Shown: positions 36,759-46,737 of the stretch, in pieces
Numbering within the stretch: the first letter of the stretch is position 1
How the letters are laid out: every line of letters begins with the position of its first letter
Source: Alkalispirochaeta sp.
Lineage (GTDB): Bacteria; Spirochaetota; Spirochaetia; DSM-27196; Alkalispirochaetaceae
Length of the DNA stretch: 64,000 nucleotides
Direction: 5' to 3'
Assembly: GCA_965601925.1 (NCBI GenBank)
Contig: OZ271854.1
Span: forward strand, 1,088,001-1,152,000
The notes under the pieces: generated by a model
What the model was told of the DNA's origin: nothing
Databases searched by the model: none
The model's input: the letters and a program-made list of their open reading frames with translations, nothing else
Program-made: the position numbers and the translations under genes

Positions 36759-38191
36759 GACGGTGGATGAGGTTGGGCCTCCTCGTCGCGGTGACCGTCG
36801 CGATGGCGGTCACCCTACGCGTACTGCGTAGCGAGGAGGAGGCCGTAACGACCGAAGCGTCGCCGACAGACGAGAGTCAGGAAGCGCGTGCGAACCTCGA
36901 CCGCGTTGTGCTCCTCGATACGCCTCGCGACTCGATCCGAACGATCACGGTACACTCCGGCGCCGAGACGGTCGTGTTAGCGCGCGATCAAGACGGTCGG
37001 TTGACGCCGCGATACCCCCACGATGTCGCCTTCGATCGCCGACGCGTCGAGTTCTTTGTCGCCTCGGCGGCACGACTTACCAGCAGGCGCGCACTTGAGG
37101 GCGAACGGTCCGCGTACGGCCTGGATGATCCGCGCGCCGCCGTCACGGTGGAACGCACCGACGGTACACTTCAGCGGCTCGCGATCGGCGACCGGACCCC
37201 GGCGCGCGACGCATACTATGTGACGCGCCCGGGAAGCGCCGCGGTATACGTGGTCCCCGAGGCGACGGTGGCGCCGCTGTTATCCACAATCGACCAACTA
37301 AGGGCGCGCACGATGCCGCGGATTGCGCCGGAGCGGCTACAGCGCATAGTCGTGCAGACACCGTCGGGCCGCGTCGTGCGAGCCGAGTATCTCGAAGAGG
37401 CGCGGCGGCGGCCGGAGTTCAGTCTGACGACCTTCGCCGTCACCCAACCATTTTCTCGGCCGCTCCCGGCGCATACTCCGTGGATCGAGGAGTCCACGAC
37501 GCAGCTCAATGCGTTACGTATCGCGCGGTTTGTGAACGACGCGCCGACGGACCTTGCGCGGTACTCCCTGGCGCCGCCGGCTGGGCGGATCATCGCTGAA
37601 GACGACCTGACGCGACTCGACCTCGTAATCGGGTCCGAAACCGAAGACGGCCACTATGCGATGTTTGCCGACTCCACGAGCGTCTTCGTAGTCGCCGGCG
37701 CCGAGTCAATCCTCGGCACGACGCCGGACGCTGCAGTCAGCCCATTCGTGCTGATCGTCAATATCGATCTGGTGGAGGAGTTTGAAGTCCGCGTCGGCGG
37801 CGAACGGTTTATCGGCCGTATCGAACGTACACCGGGCGCTACCGGGGTCGAGGCGAGGGAACGCTATCTGCTGAACGGCGTCGAGATCGAGGAGGATCTC
37901 TTCCGCGACCTCTATCAGCGAGCGATCGGACTCCAATTCGACGCTGAGATCGACCTCACGCAGGCGCCTGCGGCGACCGGCGAAATTGCGAAGCGCGAAC
38001 CGGATGCGAGGATCGACTACCGTCTTACCGACGAGGTGGGAACGCTCACGGTCTCGTTCGTTCCGCTGGATGCGAACTTCGCGGCGGTCGTCCGCGACGG
38101 GGTGAGTGAGTTTATAATCGCCCGAGCAAAACTGGACCGCATGCTGACGGCGTTCGATCGTCAGACCGCGACCCGGATCGCCGAACCGTAA
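36755..38191 (+). CDS. DUF4340 domain protein
   Basis: N-terminal anchor; repeated 'YGLDDP...LAIGD.TP' / 'YSLAPP...LVIG'; usual position after GldG. Confidence 0.75.
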   Translation: MRRWMRLGLLVAVTVAMAVTLRVLRSEEEAVTTEASPTDESQEARANLDRVVLLDTPRDSIRTITVHSGAETVVLARDQDGRLTPRYPHDVAFDRRRVEFFVASAARLTSRRALEGERSAYGLDDPRAAVTVERTDGTLQRLAIGDRTPARDAYYVTRPGSAAVYVVPEATVAPLLSTIDQLRARTMPRIAPERLQRIVVQTPSGRVVRAEYLEEARRRPEFSLTTFAVTQPFSRPLPAHTPWIEESTTQLNALRIARFVNDAPTDLARYSLAPPAGRIIAEDDLTRLDLVIGSETEDGHYAMFADSTSVFVVAGAESILGTTPDAAVSPFVLIVNIDLVEEFEVRVGGERFIGRIERTPGATGVEARERYLLNGVEIEEDLFRDLYQRAIGLQFDAEIDLTQAPAATGEIAKREPDARIDYRLTDEVGTLTVSFVPLDANFAAVVRDGVSEFIIARAKLDRMLTAFDRQTATRIAEP

Positions 38192-38281
38192 AGCTGCCGT
38201 GTCGGTTCGCGTCGCCACGGATAGGGACTCCCGCACACCGTTCGACGCCGGCGGTCGGCCGACGGCGGGGGGCGCGATGGG

Positions 38282-40390
38282 TTATAACTGTCGCGCCTCG
38301 AGGTACCCAAAGTGCGTCCGCGACGGCGAAAGCTGCGCGAACCCATACATCCCGTAGGGGTGCGGTTCCGTATCGGTCCAGGTGAGGCGTTCGCTCCCGT
38401 CTATCGAGAGCGTGAGAGTCGATCCAACGGCGGTAATCTCGATATCATACGTCTCGCCGTGGCGCCAGGCGAACGGCTTCGACGCGACCTCACGGTAGCC
38501 GTTTTCGTTTTTGAGGATCGCCACGCGACCTTCGCCCGAAAGGCCTCCGGCGTACCCCAGACGCGTCCCTCGGGCGCGAAACACGACCAGATGCGACGAG
38601 CCGTTGTGCGGTTGTACGCGCGAACGAATATGCACGTCCGAGGTATAGTAGTTGCCCGTATAGAGCGAGCCGGTGTCGGCGGTAAATGCATGGACGCCTC
38701 CGTCTTCCAACGTCCATGCGCCTCCGCTCGTCGTACACTGAGTGATTTCACCGAACTCGACGGTCTGTTTTGAGAAATCGAGGCGATGTAGGCCGGTACC
38801 GCCTATTCTCACCGAGTCGAGGTAGAGTTTGCCCACTACCCGCGGTTCTTCGCGGTTCTCGATGATGACGCCGATCTCGTCGATAGCGGCGTCCACCGCC
38901 GAAATCGTCCAACTCCGGCGACGCCACTCGCCCGGTTCCGCGAAAAAAGAGGGCCCCTCAATGAGCTCCTTGGTATCGGTTCGACGAATATAGAACGCAA
39001 GCGCGGGATTCTCTCCTTCCCACGGCTCCCAGTAGTAATCGAGAGAGATTGTTTGTCCCTCGTAGATCAGCGGGGAAAAGGCGGGCAGATAGCGATCGTC
39101 CGAAAAATCGTCCCGTCGATAGAACGGTTTGACGTACACTCGGTCGCGCCCCGATCGCGGCATGCCGTCGACAAGAACCTCAAGTGCGCCGTCGCTCCCC
39201 TCGGTGGTCACCTCGCGTTGGTGTCGTAACCGCAAGAAGAGGTCTCCCGCACCACGGAAGCCGTGGGTCGACCCGGGAAGGTCGAAATCGAAGAAGAGAT
39301 CCTTGGGCGAACCGGTTATCGTCGCGGCGGCGGCGCTCGGAGCGGGAACCTCACCGGCCAGACGGTAACCGAGGATCGCGAGCTCTCGGGAAAAGCGCGG
39401 AAGATCGATCATATTGAGGGAGCCGGCGACGCTGCTACCGACAAAGAGATCGTTGATCGGTTCGCGATACCGCTGATCGACACCCCTCAACCCGCCCGCG
39501 ACACCGATGATCGTGCCGACATTGCCGGCATTACAATCGGTGTCCCAGCCGCACATCGTCGCGATCTCTACCGTGCGGGAAAGCGCACCCCGGCCGTAGA
39601 GCAGCGCGAGCACGCAGACTCCGGCGTTCGGAATGATATGACACGCGCCGGGATAGCGATCGTAGCCGAACTCCTGCGCAAGATACTCACGACACGAACG
39701 GAACTCCTCGGGATGGTCGGCATGAAATCGAACGACGGCGTCGACGACGCGGGCATACTCGCTCTCATCGGGTACGAATCGGCGCGACCCGGCCACGATT
39801 CTCGCCGGGTCGCTCTCTTCGAAGGCGATTGCGATCGCCGCGGCGATGAACCGAGCGCCGTACACACCGTTGCCGTCGTGCGAAACACTCGCCGCGGTCT
39901 CGGCAAGCTCGGCCGCCTGTCGGGGATCCCGAGGACTAACCAACCCCCAACAGTCGACGAAGATCTGCCCGCCGATCTGCTCGGCGACCGCCGCGCCGTT
40001 GTGTCGCATCGATCCCGAGTGCGGTGCGGTGATTCCTCGGGTAAGATTGACGTAGGCGGTGTGCTCGGTGCTCACACCGAAGCCGCCCCACCAGAAAAAC
40101 CCCTTGCCGTCGCGCGTATAATTGAGCCAAGCGTTTCCGACGTCTTCGCTCGTCACGGGGCGATCCGACGCCGAGTCGATCACGGAGCGCACGAAGAAGA
40201 CCGGGCCGTTCACGTCATCGTCCGCCGCAAAGGTGCGATAATCCTTCAGGTAGCCGTTGATCTCGCCGTATGCGTTTCGAATACGATCGTAGGTCCAGGC
40301 GATCGGCTCCACCGGTGCGCCGAGACGTACGCCGATACACTTCCCGAGCACCCCCGCGTATATCCGCTCCACATAATCGGTTTGAATCAT
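38282..40390 (-). CDS. ADP-ribosylglycohydrolase family protein with long beta-rich C-terminal extension (~700 aa)
   Basis: 'YAGVLGK.IGVRLGAPVE', 'ADDD', 'CGWDTDCNAGNVG'; C-terminal ~350 aa is beta-sandwich-like. Confidence 0.88.
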   Translation of the reverse strand: MIQTDYVERIYAGVLGKCIGVRLGAPVEPIAWTYDRIRNAYGEINGYLKDYRTFAADDDVNGPVFFVRSVIDSASDRPVTSEDVGNAWLNYTRDGKGFFWWGGFGVSTEHTAYVNLTRGITAPHSGSMRHNGAAVAEQIGGQIFVDCWGLVSPRDPRQAAELAETAASVSHDGNGVYGARFIAAAIAIAFEESDPARIVAGSRRFVPDESEYARVVDAVVRFHADHPEEFRSCREYLAQEFGYDRYPGACHIIPNAGVCVLALLYGRGALSRTVEIATMCGWDTDCNAGNVGTIIGVAGGLRGVDQRYREPINDLFVGSSVAGSLNMIDLPRFSRELAILGYRLAGEVPAPSAAAATITGSPKDLFFDFDLPGSTHGFRGAGDLFLRLRHQREVTTEGSDGALEVLVDGMPRSGRDRVYVKPFYRRDDFSDDRYLPAFSPLIYEGQTISLDYYWEPWEGENPALAFYIRRTDTKELIEGPSFFAEPGEWRRRSWTISAVDAAIDEIGVIIENREEPRVVGKLYLDSVRIGGTGLHRLDFSKQTVEFGEITQCTTSGGAWTLEDGGVHAFTADTGSLYTGNYYTSDVHIRSRVQPHNGSSHLVVFRARGTRLGYAGGLSGEGRVAILKNENGYREVASKPFAWRHGETYDIEITAVGSTLTLSIDGSERLTWTDTEPHPYGMYGFAQLSPSRTHFGYLEARQL

Positions 40391-40636
40391 GATCTTCAAG
40401 CTACCATATCATAGGACAACGTGCAGCGATCGACCGAACCGTCGAGGACGTTCAGACCGACCCGGACGCATCTGGATGCGTTCCTCAGGGCGTCGCCCCT
40501 CCGGTACGCATCCGCGCCGAGCAACAGCCGAAGGCTGTGACCAGCCCCGATATTGCGGCTCTTGCAAAATTGCATTTTACAAGAGCCTCTCCAAAAAACG
40601 TTAGTAAAACCGACGAGAGTGCGTATCATATTGTGT

Positions 40637-41959
40637 ATGTTAAAACGAATTTGGCGGGGTTACGCTACCAGCGGGTACGGGGAGGCGCTGCCTCTCGGCG
40701 AACTGGAGAAAGTCATGTTCGTCAACACGTTTTCTATTATCGGAAACGTGAGCCTTCTGGCCTTTAGCGGATTTCACGCGCTTCGGAGCAACTACCTCTT
40801 CGCCGTCATCGAGCTCTCTTTTTTTGCGATCGGGCTGCTCAACATCATTGCATTACGCAAAACACGCAATGCGGATCTCGCAAGCTCGATCATTCTTTTT
40901 TTCATGATTGGAGTACTTGTGTTTCTCTACGCTACGGGAGGTACCGGAAACACGGGATTTCTGTGGTACTTCACCTACCCGCTACTGGCCTTTTTCCTCA
41001 AAGGAAAGAAACACGGAACTTTGTGGCTCCTCGCATTGGTCGGCACTACCCTCATGGTGTTTCTACTGCAGCGTACGGGTGTCGTGCCGTTTCAGGCGTA
41101 CTCAACGTTGGAGACGGCGGTGCTGACCATCACGATCCTCGTCGTCGCCTCACTGACGGCCTTCTACGCCAACGTACAAGACAGACTCGAGGAAGTGAGG
41201 GCGATGCGCGAGGGCGAGCGCTTGCAGGCCCGAATAATGGAGAGTCAGCTCGATGTGGCAAGAGGATTCCAACGGGTACTCCTGCCCGCCCAAGACATCG
41301 CCTATGAGGACGTATCCGTGTCGGCAGCGTATCGGACCGTGGGGAAGGTGGGGGGAGACTATTTCGATTTTGTGCCCATCGACGAGAATCGCATTGCCGT
41401 CATCCTGTGCGATGTGTCGGGTCACGGTGTACCCGCCGCGCTTGGGATGGTGAACATCAGAGCGATATTCCGCACACTACTGAAAAAAGATGTGCGGTCG
41501 CCGGCACAGATCATGAGAGAAATCAACAACACACTTGTCGGTGAACTGCAGGATGACTACTTCATAACTTCCTTTTTCTTCATATATGACAGAGAGCGTC
41601 GAGAGGTTATCTACTGCAATGCCGGACAGCCGCCCGCAATCCACTACTCCGACGGCACGCTATCGGAAATCACGTCCGTGGCGCTGCCGCTCGGCGTTAC
41701 GCCGGAGAATCCGTATCGTGACAAAACGATGGCGCTCCGGCGCGGCGATCTTTTCATCATCTATACCGACGGAATCGTGGAGGCGATGAACGAAGCCCGC
41801 GACGCATACGGACCGAAGCGGCTGTTTCGTACGATAGCAAAGAGCCGCCACCAAACTGCAACCCAGATTAACGAAGCCGTCATCGACGATGTAGATGTCT
41901 TCCTCAACGACCATCGAATGAGCGACGACATTTCGATCGTGACTCTCAAGGTGGAGTAG
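40637..41959 (+). CDS. membrane-bound PP2C/SpoIIE (RsbU-like) Ser/Thr phosphatase
   Basis: N-terminal TMs; 'VGGDYFD', 'CDVSGHGVPAAL', 'NAGQPP', 'YTDGIVEA', 'DDISIV'. Confidence 0.92.
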   Translation: MLKRIWRGYATSGYGEALPLGELEKVMFVNTFSIIGNVSLLAFSGFHALRSNYLFAVIELSFFAIGLLNIIALRKTRNADLASSIILFFMIGVLVFLYATGGTGNTGFLWYFTYPLLAFFLKGKKHGTLWLLALVGTTLMVFLLQRTGVVPFQAYSTLETAVLTITILVVASLTAFYANVQDRLEEVRAMREGERLQARIMESQLDVARGFQRVLLPAQDIAYEDVSVSAAYRTVGKVGGDYFDFVPIDENRIAVILCDVSGHGVPAALGMVNIRAIFRTLLKKDVRSPAQIMREINNTLVGELQDDYFITSFFFIYDRERREVIYCNAGQPPAIHYSDGTLSEITSVALPLGVTPENPYRDKTMALRRGDLFIIYTDGIVEAMNEARDAYGPKRLFRTIAKSRHQTATQINEAVIDDVDVFLNDHRMSDDISIVTLKVE

Positions 41960-42225
41960 AGCTACGGTCATTCGGGACGCGCGCCGGACCGGTTGTAACC
42001 GTCGAGACGCCGTCTCGTCGAAGACGTCGGCGACCCGGAGCTCGACCTAACGGATCGCCTACACGAGCGCGTGCTATGTTCGATTGATCGCGTTCTACTC
42101 TGAACGCCTCCGCAGGCCTTGCGCCCCTTCCTCTTTCAAAGCGTACTCTCTCGGCCTTGTTCCGCGTCGGCCACCGGGCCATCGAGAAGCAACCGAAGCG
42201 GTCAAAACGCCGAAGAACGGCAAAA

Positions 42226-42280
42226 AACCATCATATTTCAACAATTAATTATTGATAAACAGTAATTATTATGATACATT
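42226..42280 (+). promoter_or_regulatory. promoter TTGATA-N17-(TG)TACATT overlapped by tandem 21-bp operator-like units
   Basis: AATTATTGATAAACAGTAATT (42247-42267) imperfect palindrome plus a degenerate copy at 42226-42246; matches the 45178-45219 site. Confidence 0.6.
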
Positions 42281-42329
42281 GGGCTCCGAACAACGGTGCG
42301 GTCGCCGCTCCGTTATAGGGAGAAAAGCC

Positions 42330-44237
42330 GTGAAACGAATCTATACGAAGACACTGTTGCTACTCGCTCTAGGAGGCTCGCTCTTCGGTGCGCCGCGAGA
42401 GATAGATGAAATCCTAAGGCCCCTTCGCCGGCGATATGACATGCCCGGTGTCGCGGCCGCCGTCGTGGTCGGCGACCGGATTGTCGCGTCGGGGGCCGTG
42501 GGAGTTCGAAAAGAGGGCAGCGGAGTTTCGGTCACCGTCGACGACGCGTGGCAAATAGGCTCCTGCGTCAAGTCGATGACCGCCACGGTCGCCGGGCGCC
42601 TTGTCGAACGGGGCGTCATTCGGTGGGAGACGACGCTTTTTGAGAGCTTCGGGCACCTCGTCGACCTCCATCCGGACTACGTCGACGTCACCCTGGATCA
42701 GCTTCTCTCCCATTCCGCCGGCGTGCCCGACGACCCGACCCTGGAGCAGGACCAGGAGGGTGACCCCTACGACGAGTTGGTCCTTTCCGGAATCCCGCTG
42801 ACCGAGCAGCGATTCCTCTTTGCCCGGAATGTGTTGTCCCGGCCCCCTCAGGCGACACCCGGTACCAAGATGATCTACTCGAATGCGGGCTATATCATCG
42901 CCGGCGCCATGCTGGAAGGGGCTACCGGCAAGAGTTGGGAGGCGCTGATGGAGGAGGAGCTCTTCGAACCCCTCGGCATGCACTCCGCCGGATTCGGCGC
43001 ACCGGCGACTCCGGGGCGCGTCGACGGACCGTGGGCACACGGACCGTGGAACGGGCCGATCGACCCGAGGGAGAACCTTTTCGATCAGGCGCTCATCATC
43101 GGCCCCGCAGGCCACGTCCACTGCTCCATCGAGGACTTCGCGCGCTACGCCACGGTACACCTGCACGGCGAACCTCGAGCGACCAACGGCGGAGAGTACC
43201 TTACGCCGGAGACCTTCCGAAAGCTTCACGCCGCCATGATAGAGGTCTCGAGACTCACCGGAACCGACTACGCTCTCGGGTGGGGCAACGGGGAGCACCG
43301 GGAGCTGGGGCCCTATTTGATACACACCGGAAGTAACGGCGTCTTCTACGCCGCTATGGTGCTTCTACCGGAGCGCAACGGTGCGATCGTCGCCGCAACG
43401 AACAGCCTGCGCGAAGAGGGAGTTCACCGCGCCATATTTGAGCTGGGTCGTGAGTACCTGGAGGAGCCTGTCGACATTCTTCCGGTCCAACCGACTTGGT
43501 CGTTGACCGTCGGCGCCGGCGGCGGCCTCGGTCCGACCTATGCCGGCGCCGGTGAGACGGGTGTAGACTTCCTCCCGCTCCTGGATCTGGAGTACCGTCG
43601 CCACCGTTTCGGCGCCTTCGTCGGTTTGACACACGGGCTCGGTGTCACCTTCAGAGAGGAGCGGCTTGCCGGACTCGAGATCGCCGTCGGTGTCGATCTT
43701 GTCGAGGGACGCGACCCCAACGAGGCCCCCACAAAGGAGCTCTTGGAGGGTACCCCGACCCTCGAAAGCAACGGTGAGCTCTTCGCCTCGGTGGGATTTA
43801 CCTTCGAGCTCTTTGCACTCTCTTCGACCGTTAGCCTCGCAACAATCGACGCCGACTACGACGAAGCGGATCGCCGGGACGCGCGATACGACAGCGTCTG
43901 CGTCGATTTCGATGTGACGACCGCTCTTCCCTTTACCGAGAGCCTCTTTTTGACTGCGGCTCTCGGCACGACCTGGATGAACGGCGACCATGCAGAGGCG
44001 TTGTACGGGGTGCTCTACACCACCGATAGGCTTGACCTCTTCGACGCCGACGGGGGATTTGAGACGATCCACGGCAGCTTGGGACTCGTCTCTCTCTTTA
44101 CTCCACGCCTCGGTTTGGTCGTGGAGGCGGAGTTTACGTACCCCCTCGACAGCGCAGCCGACAGCCCGATCACGGAGCGGCCGTTCTACCCCGGGATCGG
44201 CGCCACCCTCTTCTACCAATGGAGGTCCCGTGGATAG
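42330..44237 (+). CDS. serine hydrolase (class C beta-lactamase-like) fused to a MipA/OmpV-like outer-membrane beta-barrel
   Basis: Signal peptide; SxxK 'GSCVKS', 'YSN', 'HTGS'. From ~43497: 'WSLTVGAG..LGPTYAGA....LPL', 'LYGV', 'AADSPI', terminal 'YQW'. Confidence 0.8.
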   Translation: MKRIYTKTLLLLALGGSLFGAPREIDEILRPLRRRYDMPGVAAAVVVGDRIVASGAVGVRKEGSGVSVTVDDAWQIGSCVKSMTATVAGRLVERGVIRWETTLFESFGHLVDLHPDYVDVTLDQLLSHSAGVPDDPTLEQDQEGDPYDELVLSGIPLTEQRFLFARNVLSRPPQATPGTKMIYSNAGYIIAGAMLEGATGKSWEALMEEELFEPLGMHSAGFGAPATPGRVDGPWAHGPWNGPIDPRENLFDQALIIGPAGHVHCSIEDFARYATVHLHGEPRATNGGEYLTPETFRKLHAAMIEVSRLTGTDYALGWGNGEHRELGPYLIHTGSNGVFYAAMVLLPERNGAIVAATNSLREEGVHRAIFELGREYLEEPVDILPVQPTWSLTVGAGGGLGPTYAGAGETGVDFLPLLDLEYRRHRFGAFVGLTHGLGVTFREERLAGLEIAVGVDLVEGRDPNEAPTKELLEGTPTLESNGELFASVGFTFELFALSSTVSLATIDADYDEADRRDARYDSVCVDFDVTTALPFTESLFLTAALGTTWMNGDHAEALYGVLYTTDRLDLFDADGGFETIHGSLGLVSLFTPRLGLVVEAEFTYPLDSAADSPITERPFYPGIGATLFYQWRSRG

Positions 44238-45207
44238 GAGAGTGCGAGGGGACGTCCTGGAAACGATCCTGAAGCTGCTTGTCCTAACGGCTTTGCTTGT
44301 CGCTCCGCCGCTACTCCTAACCGCCGAAGCGGAACCGGAGGGAGCGCATAGCTGGTCGTTAAGCGCACGGCGCGGTGTCACTCTTGTCGCCGCCGCGGCG
44401 TGGGCGCTGGTCGTGAGACGCCGATCGGTCCGTCGTGCCACATATCTCGCGGTCATGGGCGGGGCGGCCCTCGTATTTCTTACGACGAGTGAGGAGCTCT
44501 TCGGCCGGAGACTCTTTGCCGTGCCGGCCGCACGTTCCATCGACCACCTGCTCATTGGCGGCGGGTTGTTGACCGCTACGATCGGACTACTGCTCGCCCT
44601 TCGGGAGCTACGCGGCGCCGTCGAGGGACTCACCGAACGCGCGGACGAGTATCGCAGGCAGAGTATCACCGACAACTTGACCGGCCTCTACAACGGCCGC
44701 TACCTCTTTCAAATAATCAACGGCGAGGTACGGCGCGCCGAGCGATATCGCAGGGCGCTCTCGCTCCTTCTCGTAGACATCGACGATTTCAAATCGTTCA
44801 ACGACACCTACGGCCACCTCGCGGGGGATCGATTATTGGAGGCCGCCGGCGCGGTACTCCAAGGCGCGTGCCGAGCAAACGATATGGCCTTTCGGCTGGG
44901 CGGCGAAGAGTTCATCATTCTGCTGCCGGAAACCACGCTCCGCGAGGCTTCGGTGATCGCCGACCGTGTGCGAAAGGTGATGGAAGGGGTATCGCTCACT
45001 CTCCCGAGCGGCGAGGTCGTCGGGCGGACGGCAAGCGTCGGGGCCTCCACCCTGGGAGAGGCGATACGATCGGCCGACGACCTCATTGCCCAGGCGGACT
45101 CGGCGATGTATCGGGCAAAGGCCATGGGTAAGAATCGCGTCTCCACGGCCGGGTCTATCAATATACGAAACGACGGAAAATACTGTTTATCATTAATTAA
45201 TGATTGA
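44230..45207 (+). CDS. membrane-anchored diguanylate cyclase (GGDEF)
   Basis: 'TDNLTGLYN', 'DIDDFKSFNDTYGH.AGD', 'RLGGEEF', 'ADSAMYRAK..GKNR'. Confidence 0.92.
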   Translation: MDRRVRGDVLETILKLLVLTALLVAPPLLLTAEAEPEGAHSWSLSARRGVTLVAAAAWALVVRRRSVRRATYLAVMGGAALVFLTTSEELFGRRLFAVPAARSIDHLLIGGGLLTATIGLLLALRELRGAVEGLTERADEYRRQSITDNLTGLYNGRYLFQIINGEVRRAERYRRALSLLLVDIDDFKSFNDTYGHLAGDRLLEAAGAVLQGACRANDMAFRLGGEEFIILLPETTLREASVIADRVRKVMEGVSLTLPSGEVVGRTASVGASTLGEAIRSADDLIAQADSAMYRAKAMGKNRVSTAGSINIRNDGKYCLSLIND

Positions 45208-45232
45208 TAAACAACAACATACATGCTATGGT
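45178..45232 (+). promoter_or_regulatory. promoter TTGATA-N17-(TG)TATGGT with tandem 21-bp operator-like units
   Basis: AAATACTGTTTATCATTAATT plus AATGATTGATAAACAACAACA overlapping the -35, upstream of DUF2975/XRE. Confidence 0.6.
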
Positions 45233-45262
45233 GAGCGTAGTTACTCGCCGGAGGAGTTTGTC

Positions 45263-45796
45263 ATGAGCAACATTGAAAGAATTCAAAAAATGAGTCGCGT
45301 ATTTAAGTACTTCTTCCTCGCCCTCTTTGGTCTGTTGCCGCTTTTGGCCCTCGCGTTCTGGCTCTTTTATAACGCGTTGCCCGGACCGCTGAAGGGCGCC
45401 GGCGCCCTTGAGGTCGCGGACCACCTTTCATTCAGGCTGCGCGCCCTGGGATTCGTCGCCACCTCCCTCGATATGGGCATCGGCATGGCGACACTCTGGA
45501 CCCTCATGCGCCTCTTCGCCCTCTATGAGGAGGGTCGAATCTTTACCTCGTCGAACGTCACGCTCTATCGTAGGCTCGGCTGGCTCCTCATACTCGGTGT
45601 CGGCAGCAACGTTCTCACCATCGCTCTCTACACACTTATCGTAACGACGCCCGATCCCCAGGGCCTGAGCGCGATCGAGGCGGCCTTCGGCTCCATCGAC
45701 GTCGCGGCCCTCGTTATCGGATTGATCGTTCTGCTGATCTCGGCGGTGATGAAGGTGGGCGCCGAGCTCCAAGAGGACCGGGACCTCACGGTCTAA
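45263..45796 (+). CDS. DUF2975 (YoaS-like) membrane protein
   Basis: Four TMs, 'G.IFT..NV', C-terminal 'GAELQEDRDLTV'; paired with an XRE HTH gene. Confidence 0.85.
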   Translation: MSNIERIQKMSRVFKYFFLALFGLLPLLALAFWLFYNALPGPLKGAGALEVADHLSFRLRALGFVATSLDMGIGMATLWTLMRLFALYEEGRIFTSSNVTLYRRLGWLLILGVGSNVLTIALYTLIVTTPDPQGLSAIEAAFGSIDVAALVIGLIVLLISAVMKVGAELQEDRDLTV

Positions 45797-45806
45797 CGGG
45801 GTTGTC

Positions 45807-46046
45807 ATGGCAATAGTAGTCAATTTGGACGTGATGTTGGCCAAGCGAAAGATGAAGTCCAACCGGCTTGCCGAGTTGGTCGGCATCACCGAACAGAACC
45901 TCTCCATCCTCAAGACGGGAAAGGCTCGGGCGATTCGTTTCTCCACCCTGGAGGCGATATGCCGCCACCTGGAGTGCCAGCCCGGGGACATCCTGGAGTA
46001 CCGGCGGGAGAGCGACGAATCGGCGGACGATACAGGAGCACCGTAA
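45807..46046 (+). CDS. XRE-family HTH regulator (YozG-like)
   Basis: 'MAIVVNLDVMLAKRKM...GITEQNLSILKTGKARAIRFSTLEAIC..LECQPGDILEY'. Confidence 0.92.
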   Translation: MAIVVNLDVMLAKRKMKSNRLAELVGITEQNLSILKTGKARAIRFSTLEAICRHLECQPGDILEYRRESDESADDTGAP

Positions 46047-46047
46047 C

Positions 46048-46737
46048 ATGGCTGTTATCGAGTTGAATGGAGTAACCAAGGACTACCCTCTTGGCGACAC
46101 CACCGTCCACGCCCTGAAGGGTGTAGATCTCTCCATTGAGGCGGGGGAGTTTCTCTCCGTCGTCGGACCCTCGGGCAGCGGGAAGACGACGCTGCTTAAT
46201 ATCATCGGGTGCATCGACCGTGCGACCTCCGGTAACGTCGCTATTCACGGGACCGATGTCACTACGATGAGCGACCGGGACCTCACCGACCTCAGGCTTC
46301 GCCGCATCGGCTTCATCTTCCAGACCTTCAATCTCATCCCGGTGCTCTCCCTCGTGGAGAACGTCGAGTTTCCCCTCCTTCTCATGAAGGGGGAGCGTTT
46401 ATCAAAGCGGGAGATCAGGCGGCGGGCCGAGGAGCTGATCGAGGAGGTCGGCCTGGCGGAGCAGCAAAAGCAGCGTCCGCACGAGCTCTCAGGCGGTCAG
46501 CGCCAGAGGGTCGCCATCGCCCGAGCGCTCGTTACCAAGCCGGACATCGTTCTTGCCGACGAGCCGACGGCAAACCTCGACTCCGCCACCGGGGAGCGCA
46601 TCCTCAAGCTCATGAAGCGTCTCAACGAGCGGGAGCGGACCACCTTTCTCTTCTCCACACACGACCCTGAGGTACTGCGGTACGCCGGTCACGTACTCGG
46701 GGTGCGGGACGGTCTCTTAACGCAAGGGGCCGCGTGA
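46048..46737 (+). CDS. ABC transporter ATP-binding protein (LolD/MacB-type)
   Basis: 'GPSGSGKTT', 'LSGGQRQRVAIARAL', 'LADEPTANLD'. Confidence 0.93.
   Translation: MAVIELNGVTKDYPLGDTTVHALKGVDLSIEAGEFLSVVGPSGSGKTTLLNIIGCIDRATSGNVAIHGTDVTTMSDRDLTDLRLRRIGFIFQTFNLIPVLSLVENVEFPLLLMKGERLSKREIRRRAEELIEEVGLAEQQKQRPHELSGGQRQRVAIARALVTKPDIVLADEPTANLDSATGERILKLMKRLNERERTTFLFSTHDPEVLRYAGHVLGVRDGLLTQGAA

Noticed and set aside
33512..38191. Gliding motility machinery
   Set aside because: GldA/F/G-like ABC systems are widespread; no gldK-N or T9SS genes in the window.
39263..40414. 383-aa plus-strand ORF
   Set aside because: Antisense to the well-supported large ARH gene.
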